A stretch of 64,000 nt of DNA from Zootoca vivipara. Its lineage: Eukaryota. The stretch is from NCBI RefSeq assembly GCF_963506605.1, contig NC_083284.1:62806001-62870000 (forward strand). Reading direction: 5' to 3'. Below the pieces are notes generated by a model. The model did not search any database. It worked only from the letters and a program-made list of their open reading frames with translations, and was not told the DNA's origin. This document shows, in pieces, positions 12,177-24,194 of this stretch. Each line of letters opens with the position of its first letter. Within the stretch, counting starts at the first letter, position 1. The position numbers were made by a program, and so were the translations under genes.

Positions 12177-12529
12177 TATACCTTATACTTTTAAAAAAAC
12201 AAAGACCCTTTTTTGTGCTTGTAAAAAAACAAAACAAAAAAAAAACACCTCAACAACATCCTCTTGGCCTATTCCCCCCCCCCCCAGTTGTTCTATGCAG
12301 CACATGAAAGTGTTGAAAAATATCTTTTTAGTATTTTGGACCTTCTAATATGCAAATATTTGCCAGACAAGGACTTTTCTCCAGACTTCTCAAGTACTGC
12401 TCAAGTAGCAAAGTTGTTTTTAAATACACATAGTTTGGCAAAGTACTTCATGCTTGATTGTTTACTTAGCAATAATCCATACACTTAAAAAAAATTAAGC
12501 AAGCATGTACCATGCTGCATAATTCCTAC

Positions 12530-12662
12530 CTTCTATCCTTTCACAGAGTTTATGCAGGCACTGCATGGGACATCCTTCACAGAGTTGGACTTGTGCTTTG
12601 GCAGTTTGTTGTATAGCAGCTACTGTGAAAGCCTGTTTCAAAGTCATCATGATCTCATCAAC
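12530..12662 (-). CDS. TBC1D1: TBC1D1 exon 6
   Basis: [44 protein letters not shown]; 133 nt, phase 0-1. Confidence 0.95.
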
Positions 12663-12846
12663 CTGGAGCAAAGAAAACTAGGTGTGAAGACCTGGTATTT
12701 AAGAAGGCTAATGAATAATATATTAACTGCTATTCTATATTAGCCCAATAGTGACAAGTATCACGCTTCAGAGTAAATAAGAACCTTATATAAAGGACAT
12801 TGTATGTCCAGCACCTCTTCGTTTTTATTTTTCTAAAGGTTCTTAC

Positions 12847-12951
12847 CAGAGCTTCATCTGTACATTGAAAAACGTAACAAACGAAATGGAAGCCTCCATT
12901 TTCCGAAGGCTCTCTGCAGATAAATCCAAAGTGATCCACATGTCTAATTCC
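12847..12951 (-). CDS. TBC1D1: TBC1D1 exon 5
   Basis: [35 protein letters not shown]; 105 nt; CTG|GTAAGA donor. Confidence 0.96.
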
Positions 12952-15458
12952 CTACAATAGAAACAATTATATCAAAAATTCATAAAGGCTAGGTAAAGAC
13001 TTGTAATTAGTCCGCTAAGCAGCATCTTGACATACAAACTTTTGTGAAAGGCGTGCAAAATAAATATTAACTGCAGGAAAATAAAAGTAATCCACTGGGA
13101 AATAAAAAAATATAAACACACACATATCATACAATGAAAGCCCAAGATTGGCAAATCCAAACTGCTTCAGCCCAATGAATCTTGTGTTTGGATTACACTG
13201 TTCCTTAGTTGCATTTGATTTGTACTGAGGCTAATGGGACGGACGTCCTGACTTAAGTCCACTGGGTTTAATGGAAGTTAAGTGAAGCTAATGTAGTCTG
13301 GATCTGATCCAATCCAATCCATTTCTAATTTCTAATGAAGAGATTAACATGTTTCTTAAAAGGAGAGAGGGAGAGAAGAGAAACAGAATATCAATACTAT
13401 TGCTTGGTATGGATCTCAGTGCCCAGAGCTTGGCATAAAAGTAAACAATAGGTTGAGTGGTGGAGTGGCATTAAGCCCAGAGAGCCATGTACTGGATGAC
13501 ATTTCAAAGAGCAGCCTTCAAGTTTCCATTTTGTTCATGGGGAAAAAACACAACCCCTTCCTTCTGTCAGCAGTCAAGTTCTCAAGATATTAAAAGGAGA
13601 ACAGCCAGCCAATTGCTTTTTAAAAACATGAAAACACATAAACTTATTTATTTGCCAACAAAGTTAGACCCACATATTGCTGATCACGTGGCGGAGTTGA
13701 CAAAATATTTGGAGAACTTTTTTTAAAAAAACCCAACCCTCAAACATCACTTGCTTAACTGAGAAGACACTCTGGTGGAGCTCCCTGCTTCAGTAAGTGC
13801 TGGTGCATACGGTATGAATCCCATGTCCAATTCTTAGCTGAGCTAAGATGCTTCCAACCCCCTGGAGTTCTTAAGGGATGCTGTTAACAAAAAGCCCCAG
13901 TTTAGATTTGAAGATGGGGTAAAATCAATAAATGAGAAAACTGCATGTCTCTAATTGCAAGTTGTGTTGCATTATGGGAGCTTTAAAGCTTTAAGTCTAA
14001 GATGCCCAGGAGCCCAACAAAACATAACATGATTAAGAAATGGAGACTCTCTGACTTGGCACAGATAAAAAGAAGTAATCGGTGTGAGCAAAGGATGAAT
14101 GAGTTAGGGAACAAAGAAATACAGGAGCCATTGCTTATGTAACATAGAATACCCCTAGTTCCAGGATTCAATGTAATTCAAGGCCAATAAGATTGCAAAA
14201 CAGTATGGCAGTAAACACAGCTCTCAAAATAATAGTGTTTCTAGGTACAGTTTTGGGCCTATAGGCAGATATTGTTCCCATGTGGCCTTGGAACATTCAA
14301 CATTAAAACATACAGCATAATTGTAGAGGAATGAATGATATTAATGAGGAATTGGGTAAATACTTTCATAAACCCAAACTTCTCAGATTTTTACATTTTA
14401 ATATCCATTAAGGTTTGTGCATCTCAAGTTATAGAACTTTGTTTCTTAAGAACAGAAGCAAAACAGAATGATTTCCCCATCTTCAAGCCTTAAAGCGTCA
14501 CTGCCAACAGTTACCATGCAAACAGTCTGTGGCTGGCATCCAAGGGAGGATTTAGAGTTGTAGCATATGCCCTTCTTTCTCTAGAGACAGCAAAAAGGAG
14601 CATGTGAACAGTTTTTCCCATTGGTTGGGCCACTAGTTAAGCAATCAAAAGGACTGGGAGAGGGAGTTGGGTTATTAAATTTGGAATTTATTTCCTGTTG
14701 GTCTGAGAAAGCTAAATTTTGACCTTGAGGGCAACCTGCTAAGTGCTGACTCATAGCTTCTCTTTCTCTTTGACAAAAGTTCCTTTACTGTTTGACAAAT
14801 TTCCTTTAGAAAGTAAATTTCTGGGATTTGTGTTAATTTACTTCAAGATCCACTGCAGGCAATCTTCTCAAATATACTGGGGTTAACACAGTCCTTGGTT
14901 ATTTGAAGGAATGTCACAGTGGGCTTTGCTGCCTTCATGGTTTAGACAAACTGGGGAGGGGATCCCTAATTTCTGGAAAAAATTATGCTGAAGAAGTTCA
15001 TTGCAAATGAGACAGAAATACTAATATTACAGTGTTCCTACCACATACTGACTGCAAAGGTCACCACTACAATGGTTTTAGAAATCTATCTTGACACACA
15101 TTTCTTAAGTGATAAGAAAATCACTCTGTCCTTCCATCAGAGATCAGATTTTAAAGGGGGCAGTTTTTTACAGGTTAACTGTCAAAAAACTGTTACTTTC
15201 TGCTCACTCAAATTTTAGTTTATTTTCTTCCCTAGCAGTTTATTTCCTGCACCTAAATGATCATCCAAAGCTTCATAAACCATTGCCACATAATCCCCTG
15301 CATGTCCACTCCCTTCTTCCAGTCACACACTGGTTTTAGGGCAAAGATCCTGGCTTGTTAAATGGTGTAATGGAATTTAGTGGGAGAAACCCACTGCCCT
15401 GTTGTGGAAAACAAGACCCAAGTTTTTAAGAACCAAGAAGGAATCAAAAGCTTGGTAC

Positions 15459-15548
15459 CTGAGAGCAAAATGAAATTTCCTTAAAGCTTTTCTCAATAAC
15501 TACTTTTTTGGTATCAGGACTGATGATGTAAACTTCAGACTGGCCAAT
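15459..15548 (-). CDS. TBC1D1: TBC1D1 exon 4 (second PTB domain)
   Basis: [30 protein letters not shown]; AG/GT boundaries; 90 nt. Confidence 0.95.
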
Positions 15549-16633
15549 CTGAAAAAAATAAAATAAACAAATTGTTAGTTAGCTGCCCTTCAAAATAATT
15601 TGTAGACAAAAAATGATTTTCTGAGACTGTAGTGGGTATGCTGAATTTTGCATGACAAATCAGCAACAATGCAAAGCAGGACTTTCATACGGTATTGTAT
15701 TTTAGATTGCTGTAACTCGCCCTGGAACCTTCGGGTGAAGGGTGGGTAACAACCACCACCACACTTGTTTAGGAATTTTGCCCAACCCTGCACACGGCAC
15801 AAAAGGAGCTGCCTTATACCCAATGAGACTATTTACTCATCTAAGCACTATACTGTTTACTCTGTTATTCGCCAGGTACATTACCTGCTACCGCATTGTT
15901 TCAACTGGAGATGTCATGTGCTCTACCAATGAGCTATGTTCCCTCTCCCTAAAGATCCAAAGTACGCATGAGAGCTTCCACACAATCATTCCTTAGTAAC
16001 TTCAAAAGAGGAGACTTTACGTTTTTCCATTTATCACCTGCCACTGATAGGAGTTCCATATGCACCCCAATAACTTTCTGAGCTATAGACTGAAGTCAGA
16101 GTCAAAATCACGAGTGAAAATGCAATGCCAGTATTTCCTACAAATTTAGTTCATTTTCTTTCTCTCTGGTGAGCTGGCATATTGGGAGAAACAGTGTGCC
16201 ATCTTATGTGTAAATGAAACCTATAACAGGTTAAACAATGACTGATCAATATAATAAAGGTAAATGACAGAGGGCTTCTTCAAACATTATACCTTTCAGT
16301 TTGTTTCAAGAGTTTACCAAAAAAAATTGATGTGTGAATGACAGGTTATTGTTTGCAAACACTTGCATCGTACGGTCATATTGTCCCCGGAGCATTAAAG
16401 TGTTTGGGTATTGTTCTAAAATCATTTACTCCAGGATATCCCAAATGAAGCCACATTACTGTGGAGGGAAGTTGTTTGAAGAAGGCTGTTTTAAGCCTTA
16501 GACATTACCTCATAGTCTGTTAAAGCAGAGCTTCGAAGGCGAAGCCTAGCCAGTCTTCTTCAGTTCTGCCCAATTTTAATTGGAAGGTCTTTGTAAGTAT
16601 TACACACATTTAGGCTTCCATCTTACACATGGC

Positions 16634-16636
<3 letters not shown>

Positions 16637-16679
<43 letters not shown>
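16637..16679. repeat. (CA)n microsatellite
   Basis: Seen directly. Confidence 0.95.
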
Positions 16680-16681
<2 letters not shown>

Positions 16682-16833
16682 AACAAGGGCTACTTAAAAT
16701 GCAGTCATGCTGAAGCTGCTCCACATGCCATAGTTTTTATGTGGTGGATCCAGTATGGAATATTACAGAGTGTGATCAGGTACAGAATGCCAGCTTAAGG
16801 CTCGGGATTTTACAGGACTAACATAGTCTGCAA

Positions 16834-17117
16834 CATGGGTAGGCAAACTAAGGCCCGTTGACAGTCTGGGAATCAGCGTGTTTTTACATGAGTAGAATGT
16901 GTCCTTTTATTTAAAATGCATCTCTAGGTTATTTGTGGGGCCTGCCTAGTGTTTTTACATGAGTAGAATGTGTGCTTTTATTTAAAATGCATCTTTGAGT
17001 GATTTGTGGGGCATAGGAATTCGTTCATCCTCCCCCCCCAAAAAAACTAGTCCGGCCCCCCACAAGATTTGAGGGACATTGGACTGGCCCCCTGCTGAAA
17101 AAGTTTGCTGACCCCTG
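16834..17117. mobile_element. hAT (Charlie/MER30-like) MITE with internal duplication
   Basis: TIR CA(T/G)GGGT..GCAAACT; TSD GTCTGCAA/GTCTGTAA. Confidence 0.82.
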
Positions 17118-17504
17118 GTCTGTAAGCTTTAAGATGTGGGGGGGGGGGAGTGAGCTGTGCTTCCTTTCTACATTGATAGAGCCCCGGGCCTAAATGCGAG
17201 CCTTGCAATTTGCACAGGTTCTTAATTCTAACTATGTGAGGACACAGTTGCTCAGTGGTGAGGAAGTGCAAGAACCGAAGTACTTTCCTTTATTACTTCA
17301 TATCTATTTCCTTAAAAAAAGAAGAAGGAAAATGTCAAATATGGGAAGGAGTGGTGCTAAATGGGTGCATTTGATGGAGCTACAAGAGCAACAGCACAGA
17401 AAACAAATGTTAGCTGTGATCCTGTAGGGTTGAGTTTGGCTTTGAGAACAAGTGATGCAGATTTATGCTGCAGTAAACAGAAAGCACTCCATCATTCTCT
17501 GTAT

Positions 17505-17640
17505 CAGGCTTCCCCAAACTGTGGCCCTCCAGATGTTTTGGCCTACAACTCCCATGATTCCTAGCTAACAGGACCAGTGGTCGGGGAAGATGGGAATTGT
17601 AGTCCAAAACATCTGGAGGGCCGAAGTTTGGGGGTGCCTG
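17505..17640. mobile_element. Palindromic hAT MITE (same family as 5310-5445)
   Basis: Perfect TSD CTCTGTAT. Confidence 0.92.
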
Positions 17641-17769
17641 CTCTGTATAAACACACACACACACACACACACCTGAACTCAATTAACTTCAAATCAGCTA
17701 GTAGCAATGCACAAAAGCTATGGATATTCATTTCTGTAACCATGTTATCCAATGTTCAGAGATGGTATC

Positions 17770-17990
17770 AGAGAATGTGGTGTGGTGGTTACTGAGTGTT
17801 AGACAATGACTTGAGAAATCATGGTTCAAATCCCCACTCTGCTATGGGTAACCTTGGGTCAGTCACTGCCTCTCAGCCTAACCTACCTCACAGGGTTGTT
17901 GTGGGGGTTAAATGAAGAGGAGGAGAACCATGTATGCCACCTTGAGCAACTTGGAGAAAAAGATGGGAAAGAAATGCAATTAATTAATTA
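17770..17990 (+). mobile_element. Old MIR/CORE-like SINE
   Basis: TGGTGTGGTGGTT A box, GGTTCAAATCC B box, CTCAGCCTAACCTACCTCACAGGGTTGTTGTG core. Confidence 0.7.
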
Positions 17991-18014
17991 ATTAACACAA
18001 CAACTCTGTTTTAC

Positions 18015-18548
18015 CGTGAACAACATTATCCGGTTCCCAGCAATATCCGTTGGCTGAACGTTTTGCCCGTGAATAAATCGACTTTTTAAGTTCAGAGAAA
18101 CAGCATCTTCATCAAAGGATCTGACAAAGCTGTTACTTGTCTTCAGGCAACCTGCTTGTGAATCTCTCTTGAAAGCACAAGAACGCAGTCCGGGCTGAGA
18201 GTAGGATTTCCGCATCGGCCTTTTCTCCTGCTCTTCATTAACTAAGGGTTGGAAGACGGATCGGAATTTATCACTTATGGAAAATCCTCCAGAATGGTTG
18301 ACAGTTTCATGTTGTTGAGCGAATGTACCAGAATCCAAGTTTTTGGTATAACTAACATCATTAAATTTTTCAATACATTCATCTATGAGGGCTGGAGGTG
18401 CATTTTTGTGCGCTACTGTCACTCGGCCACAGAATAGCACCTCAAATTTTTTGCTAAAAGGATCTTCCACATCTGAGAGGTTGTTCTGGAACTCTTCCTG
18501 CCGTGCAATTTTTCCTGCTTGTCTGATAGTGCTTATGATCTCGGGCAC
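18015..18548 (-). CDS. TBC1D1: TBC1D1 exon 3
   Basis: VPEIISTIRQAGKIARQEE...RKSYSQPGLRS (human Ser237 AMPK-site motif)...NRIMLFT; CAG|GTG acceptor, ACG|GTAAAA donor; 534 nt, phase 0-0. Confidence 0.97.
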
Positions 18549-19018
18549 CTGGAAGAAAATGACAATATCAGAGCCACTCAAATAAGAGGAAGAAAATGGG
18601 GGTTTAAAAGTGACAAAGTGATGTGTGAATCAGAAAAAAATCTGTACAAATTAACTTTGGAGGCTAGAGGCATCTTCATTATTTGGCCACCCTAACATTA
18701 AAGAAAATCGAATATACCATATGTGTAGTTTGCCATCACAGATCTAACCCAACAGAGAGGATTATCATATCACAGTTTTTCAATGAAATCAGATCACACA
18801 GTAAACTGACAGTTATCAACACTGAGTGAAGGGAAATCAAGTGACATACATGCTTGTGTGTGAACTTGTCCTGGAATACAGAGGCTAAGATCCAAAGCGC
18901 TATGCACAGTATTCCTCATGTGCATGGGGGCTTTTTATATACAGTACTCTAATTCCAAAGTTGTTTGTGCTCCCTTTTTTAAATCCATTGTTTTTAGTGT
19001 TTTTGAACAAAGGACAAT

Positions 19019-19769
19019 GGATGCAGTTGGCGCTGTGGTCTAAACCACAGAGCCTAGGGCAGGGGTCCCAAGACTTACCAGGCTTTGGGCCGGTTCCCAA
19101 CGCGCCGATCGCACGGCGGGCTGGAGGGCGGGGGAGTGCGCGCCCGTGCGCATGCGCACAGGCGCATACTGGCGCGGCGGCGTGCTTCCAGGTCGGAAAA
19201 AAATGCCGGAAATCGTTTGTGCGCATGCGTATGGGCCTCCCCCGACCCGGAAGTGCACCAGAAATGACCTCTTCTGGGTCGGGAGAGGCCCATACGCATG
19301 CGCACAAAGGATTTTCGGCGCTTTTTTCAGACCTGGAAGAGCGCTGCCGCGCTGTAAGAGCGGGCGGCGGCGGCGAGCGTCGTTGCGGGCCGGATTGGGA
19401 GGCCAATTGGGCCGCATCCGGCCCCCGGGCCGTAGTCTGGGGACCCCTGGCCTAGGGCTTGCCGATCAGAAGGTCAGTGGTTCGAATCCCTGCAACGGGG
19501 TGAGCTCCCATTGTTCGGTCCCAGCTCCTGCCCACCTAGCAGTTCGAAAGCATGTCAAAGTGCAAGTAGATAAATAGATACCGCTCCGGCGGGAAGGTAA
19601 ACGGCGTTTCCATGCGCTACTGTGGTTCGCCATAAGCGGCTTAGTCATGACCCGGAAGTTGTCTGCGGACAAACGCCGGCTGCCTCGGTCTATAGAGCAA
19701 GATGAGCATGCAACCCCAGAGTCGTCTGCGACTGGACCTTACAGTCAGGGGTACCTTTACCTTTTACCT
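19019..19769 (+). mobile_element. Sauria SINE interrupted by a hAT MITE
   Basis: SINE head 19019-19059 resumes at 19450; (ACCTTT)n tail. Confidence 0.88.
19060..19449. mobile_element. hAT MITE (390 bp, CpG-rich, internal hairpin)
   Basis: TIR CAGGGGTCCC(A/C)AGACT; perfect 8-bp TSD GCCTAGGG. Confidence 0.93.
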
Positions 19770-20830
19770 CTAGCTGTGTGTACTCTTGAGAACTACTTAA
19801 TGAGATGTTTAGAGCCTGCTGTCACAAGGGGAAATCAGCAAACCTTTGTGCATACCTAATACCCTCTTGTTCCTGAACAAGAGAAAATGTACCGTATTTG
19901 GATTATGACCAGAGTATGTGTGTGCATGGGTATGTTCTGGTATAAAAGTAGTTTCAGGCAATCATAAACAACCTGTCTTTAGGGAAAAGTCTTTAGGGAA
20001 ATTGTCTTTAGGGAAAAGTAAATATAGCTCAGCAGAATGCAGATTCCAAACATGAAGCCAATTCCATGAGTCTAGCAGGACCGCTGTTCACAAACAGGAC
20101 CATATGAGATGGCCAGATGATATTACTGCCCACACCAGGCTGCTGTACCCTAAGAAGGGGTGATAGCGCTATGGGAAGCAACTATGTCAATTACCTATAC
20201 ACACAATTCTGGTATTAACAAGTTACTGGCATGGCAAGGAACCAAGCATGTGGAAGTAGCTCCCAAACCACAAACATAACATTGAAATCACACCAAATTT
20301 TCTGGCTGCAAAAATATTTTTCTTGATTCGAGGCTTGATAGTATTAGCCTGTAAAATACACTTTTTCAGATTATACTCTCTTTTTCATAGAAGGCAGCTT
20401 TTCAGAACAGAGATGTAGCTGTTCAGAGTGAATGGTGAAACAAGCAGAGCAGGAGTAAAAAGTAAGGCTTCTGCTCTTAGAACCATCTCTCTACATAACT
20501 AGAGAAATAATGTCCCAGAAAGCATCACACAAAATCCCTTCTTGAAAACTCCTTTCTTTTTGTATATGCATTCATTTGCGTGTGTTTATTAATGTAGGTG
20601 CGAATTTCATCCTTAACTGTAATAGAAAATATTTGCCTCTGGATTTGACAAAGACTTCAGAAGGTCCATTTATAGATAACAGACGTATTTCGATAGCATT
20701 AGTCAGAGGATTATAATAAGGAAACAAGAATGGTCTGAAAATGAGACAGGAAGAATTACTTCATTCTCTGAGCATGGTGCATGACTCAGTCAACATACAG
20801 TTTGGTTGCACTCTGAACTAATATTAAGTA

Positions 20831-21953
20831 CCGTGTTTCCCCTATTTTAAGACGTAGTCATTATATAAGCCATAGCAGGATTTTAAGCGTTTAGGAAATA
20901 AAAGCCATACCCTGAAAATAAGCCATACCTCCGAGGAGCGAGACCGCTGAGTGCCCCAGCCAGCCAGCGGGACCCAGCACGCTGGCCGCGGCAAGAGTAT
21001 AGAAAAGCAGTGCCCCGAGCCTCTGGGAGCCGGCAAGAGCAGGAGGCGGCTTGCCAGGTCGGCATCCAGCAGTGCGCGCGGAGCACCCCGAGCCTCTGCG
21101 AGCAAGCAGGACGAGGAGGAGGCTTGCCGGGTCGTTGCCCAGCAGCGCGCGCGGAGCGCCCCAAGCCTCTGGGATTGTTGTTGCTGCTGCTGGCTGCCGG
21201 AGGCTCGGGGCGCTCCGCGCGCGCTGCTGGGCGACGACCCGGCAAGCCTCCTCCTCGTCCTGCTGGCTCTCAGAGGCTCGGGGTGCTCCGCGCGCCCGAG
21301 CCAGCAGCCTGGCCTCTCTTTTTTTGCCTGCCCGAGGCGGTCTGCCGCCCCGCCACCGGAACCGGCGGCTGCAGAGCGGAGCGCTCCGCAGCGCCAGGCG
21401 GAGCACAGCGGCCTGGCCTCTTTTTTTTCTTTTTTGCCTGCCGCCCCGCCACCGGAACCGGCGGCTGCAAAGAGGAGCGCTCCGCAGCGCCAAGCGCTCG
21501 GAGCGCCCTGCCGCGCTGGGCGGAGCACAGCGGCCTGGCCTCTTTTTGTTTTTGTTTTTGCCTGCCGCCCCGCCACCGGAACCGGCAGCTGCAGAGAGGA
21601 GCGCTCCGCAGCGCCGAGGGCTCGGAGCGCCCTGCAGCGCTGGGCGGAGCGCAGCGGCCTGGCCTCTTTGGTTTGGGTTTTTTTGCCTGCCGCCCTGCCA
21701 CCGGAACCGGCAGCTGCAGAGAGGAGTGCTCCGCAGCGCCGGGCGAAGCACTGAGCCAGCGGCCTGCTGCCTTGGTGCCTGGAACCAGCTGCTGCTGCAG
21801 CGCCGCACAGAGCGCCCAGCAGCACCCCAGCCAGCTGCCTGGCCCCTCCGAGGAGGCCTTAAGGTACAAGACATCCCCTGAAAATAAGACACCGTGTGTT
21901 TTTTTGAGTAAAAAAAAGAATAAGACGGTGTCTTAAAAAGGGGGAAACACCGG
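20831..21953. mobile_element. Tc1/mariner (Tc2-like) non-autonomous element with GC-rich internal tandem repeats
   Basis: TA flanks; TIR CCGTGTTTCCCC...TTTTAAGAC; four internal ~100-125 bp units containing CCACCGGAACCGGC. Confidence 0.88.
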
Positions 21954-23492
21954 TAGTTGTTTAAAAAAAGCAGTTGAGTAAGAGCAGAACTTGCCCTCTT
22001 GCACTTTGTAAAATGACATGCAATTTTGATGGCTCTATTTAAATAATAAAGGCACTGAAAAATGTCATTGTTCTAAGGTTGGGATGAATAAGGACTTTGC
22101 CCATATTTAGTATTATCTGTACAACACTGTAAGTATCTAGCATTTATTTGGTCCAGGCAAAACTTTTGAGTACTACTGAGTATTAATATTTTGTATTGTT
22201 TTTAACACTCAATTGGGAGCCACCCAGATGGGCAGGGTATAAATAATAAATAATAAAAATAATTTTTCCTTTGAGAAAGACCCTGTCATCCTCCAATAAA
22301 AATTATGAGATGAAATACTACTGCTATTTTTATAAACTTTCTTTTGCAAATAACTGTGGGTTCAGGTAATTCTAAATACACAACTTCCCATTTCATACAT
22401 GTTGTAGTTAGGACCCACAAACCCTAATTTAGGACTGTAAATAATGATTTCAACATAAAAAGCTGCCTTATAGCAAATCAAACTACAGTCTTCTCTAGGT
22501 CCCTATACGATAGCACCTTTTTTTACATAACCAAGAGGTTTGTCCTTTGTTATACACAGATAATATACCATAGCTCTAACAAAATTACTTGCTGTAGATA
22601 ACAAGCAGGCAATTTATAGGCAGGCAGTTGTAGATTACAGGTTACAGGTGAGCCACAGCAGAAAGCAAGAGCTCCCGAGTTAGAAATCTAAGCCTCTTTC
22701 TGTCTTCTAGGCACAGAGACAGTAGTATGGTCCAGCAACAGCCTTGGCTCTATTCCCTACTGCTTACTATCTGGCAGTCCAATGGTACTCTATGAACATT
22801 GTATTAGGAAATAGGCATCCAAGTTTGATACAAAGAACTATCTGATCAAGGCAATGATATTCTGTCAGAATTCTAGCCCTAACCTGTGGGATTGTTACGC
22901 AGCAATCAAACAGATGCATCCCCACACAACTTTGGCCAAAATGAAGGCTGCAGAGGACCAAGTCGCACTAACAGGGGAGAAAAAGCCTTCCTCCACTTAG
23001 AGGCTAGAATGGGTAAAGTAATATTTGATTCTGTTCAATAATGGCTGTACCTTCATCTTCCTCGTTTGTCTGACCTGCAACTGCATTAACATATCCTTAG
23101 AAAGCCAGGAAAACACAGAATTAATGTTTGGGTGCTCCTTCAATGTTAAAACATTGCAGCTCTCGGCGCATAGGGAACTTTGGGCTTGTCCACACAGGGC
23201 TATATACTGAGTTTCAAAAAAACAAAGCAGAAGCAACAGAAAACCCACTGTGGGTGGGCTGCTGGTGTTTGCATTCTCTTCCGTTAATATAGCACCAGGA
23301 AAAATTTATGCAATCTGAGGGAAGGTGAGGGAAAATCCAGAGTTTGTTTGCAGTGTTAAGAAAAGTATCCTGCCCTTCAATGTCAGGAGAAAGGCTATAT
23401 TATGGAAGCAGAAATATTTCTTTAAATAGAATATAATGTATTAAGTTAGTCTGTAGAACACATCAAAAGAGAACAAAATAAAATATGCTTAA

Positions 23493-23661
23493 ANNNNNNN
23501 NNNNNNNNNNNNNNNNNNNNNNNNNNNNNNNNNNNNNNNNNNNNNNNNNNNNNNNNNNNNNNNNNNNNNNNNNNNNNNNNNNNNNNNNNNNNNNNNNNNN
23601 NNNNNNNNNNNNNNNNNNNNNNNNNNNNNNNNNNNNNNNNNNNNNNNNNNNNNNNNNNNNN
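23493..23661. other. Assembly gap (169 N)
   Basis: Run of N. Confidence 1.
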
Positions 23662-24194
23662 TGAGATGATAAACTTTTTATTAGATCTTTACCAAACAAA
23701 ACTAAAAATGGGTGAGACATGTGCCAGAATGTTCGTCTCTCAAAAAAATCAGAAACTCTACCACAGAATAATAGAATTGTAGAGTTGGAAGCATAATCTG
23801 AAATGAATTACAGATAATCTTTTCCTGAGACTGGAAGCCTTTACCACAAAAGAGGCCACCTTCCGAGTCAAATAATGATTAGTTCTTCACACTGCTTTGA
23901 GAAGCAATGTTTTAAACAATCCATTCATGATGGGAATTGGCTGATAACTATAGGAGGGCACTGAGGCAGATGCGCTTCAGATCTGGTTTGGGCAGAACCC
24001 GTGCCAAGTATGGATTAAGTACAGAATGATAGGTATACCTAGCATCAAGATCCTTTACATTAACACAGTACTGGACAAACAGCGCTGATTGTGGACAAGC
24101 ATTTTAGGATGCAGTTCATTACAGTACTGAAAGAGGCGGAAATGATTTTTCAAGAAAGCTCTTTCAAGCATTTCCTAGTATTTGTACACAAATT

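Noticed and set aside
20842-21936. Several 200-330 aa ORFs on both strands
   Set aside because: Low-complexity Ala/Arg/Pro translations of a GC-rich repeat inside a MITE; no domain signal
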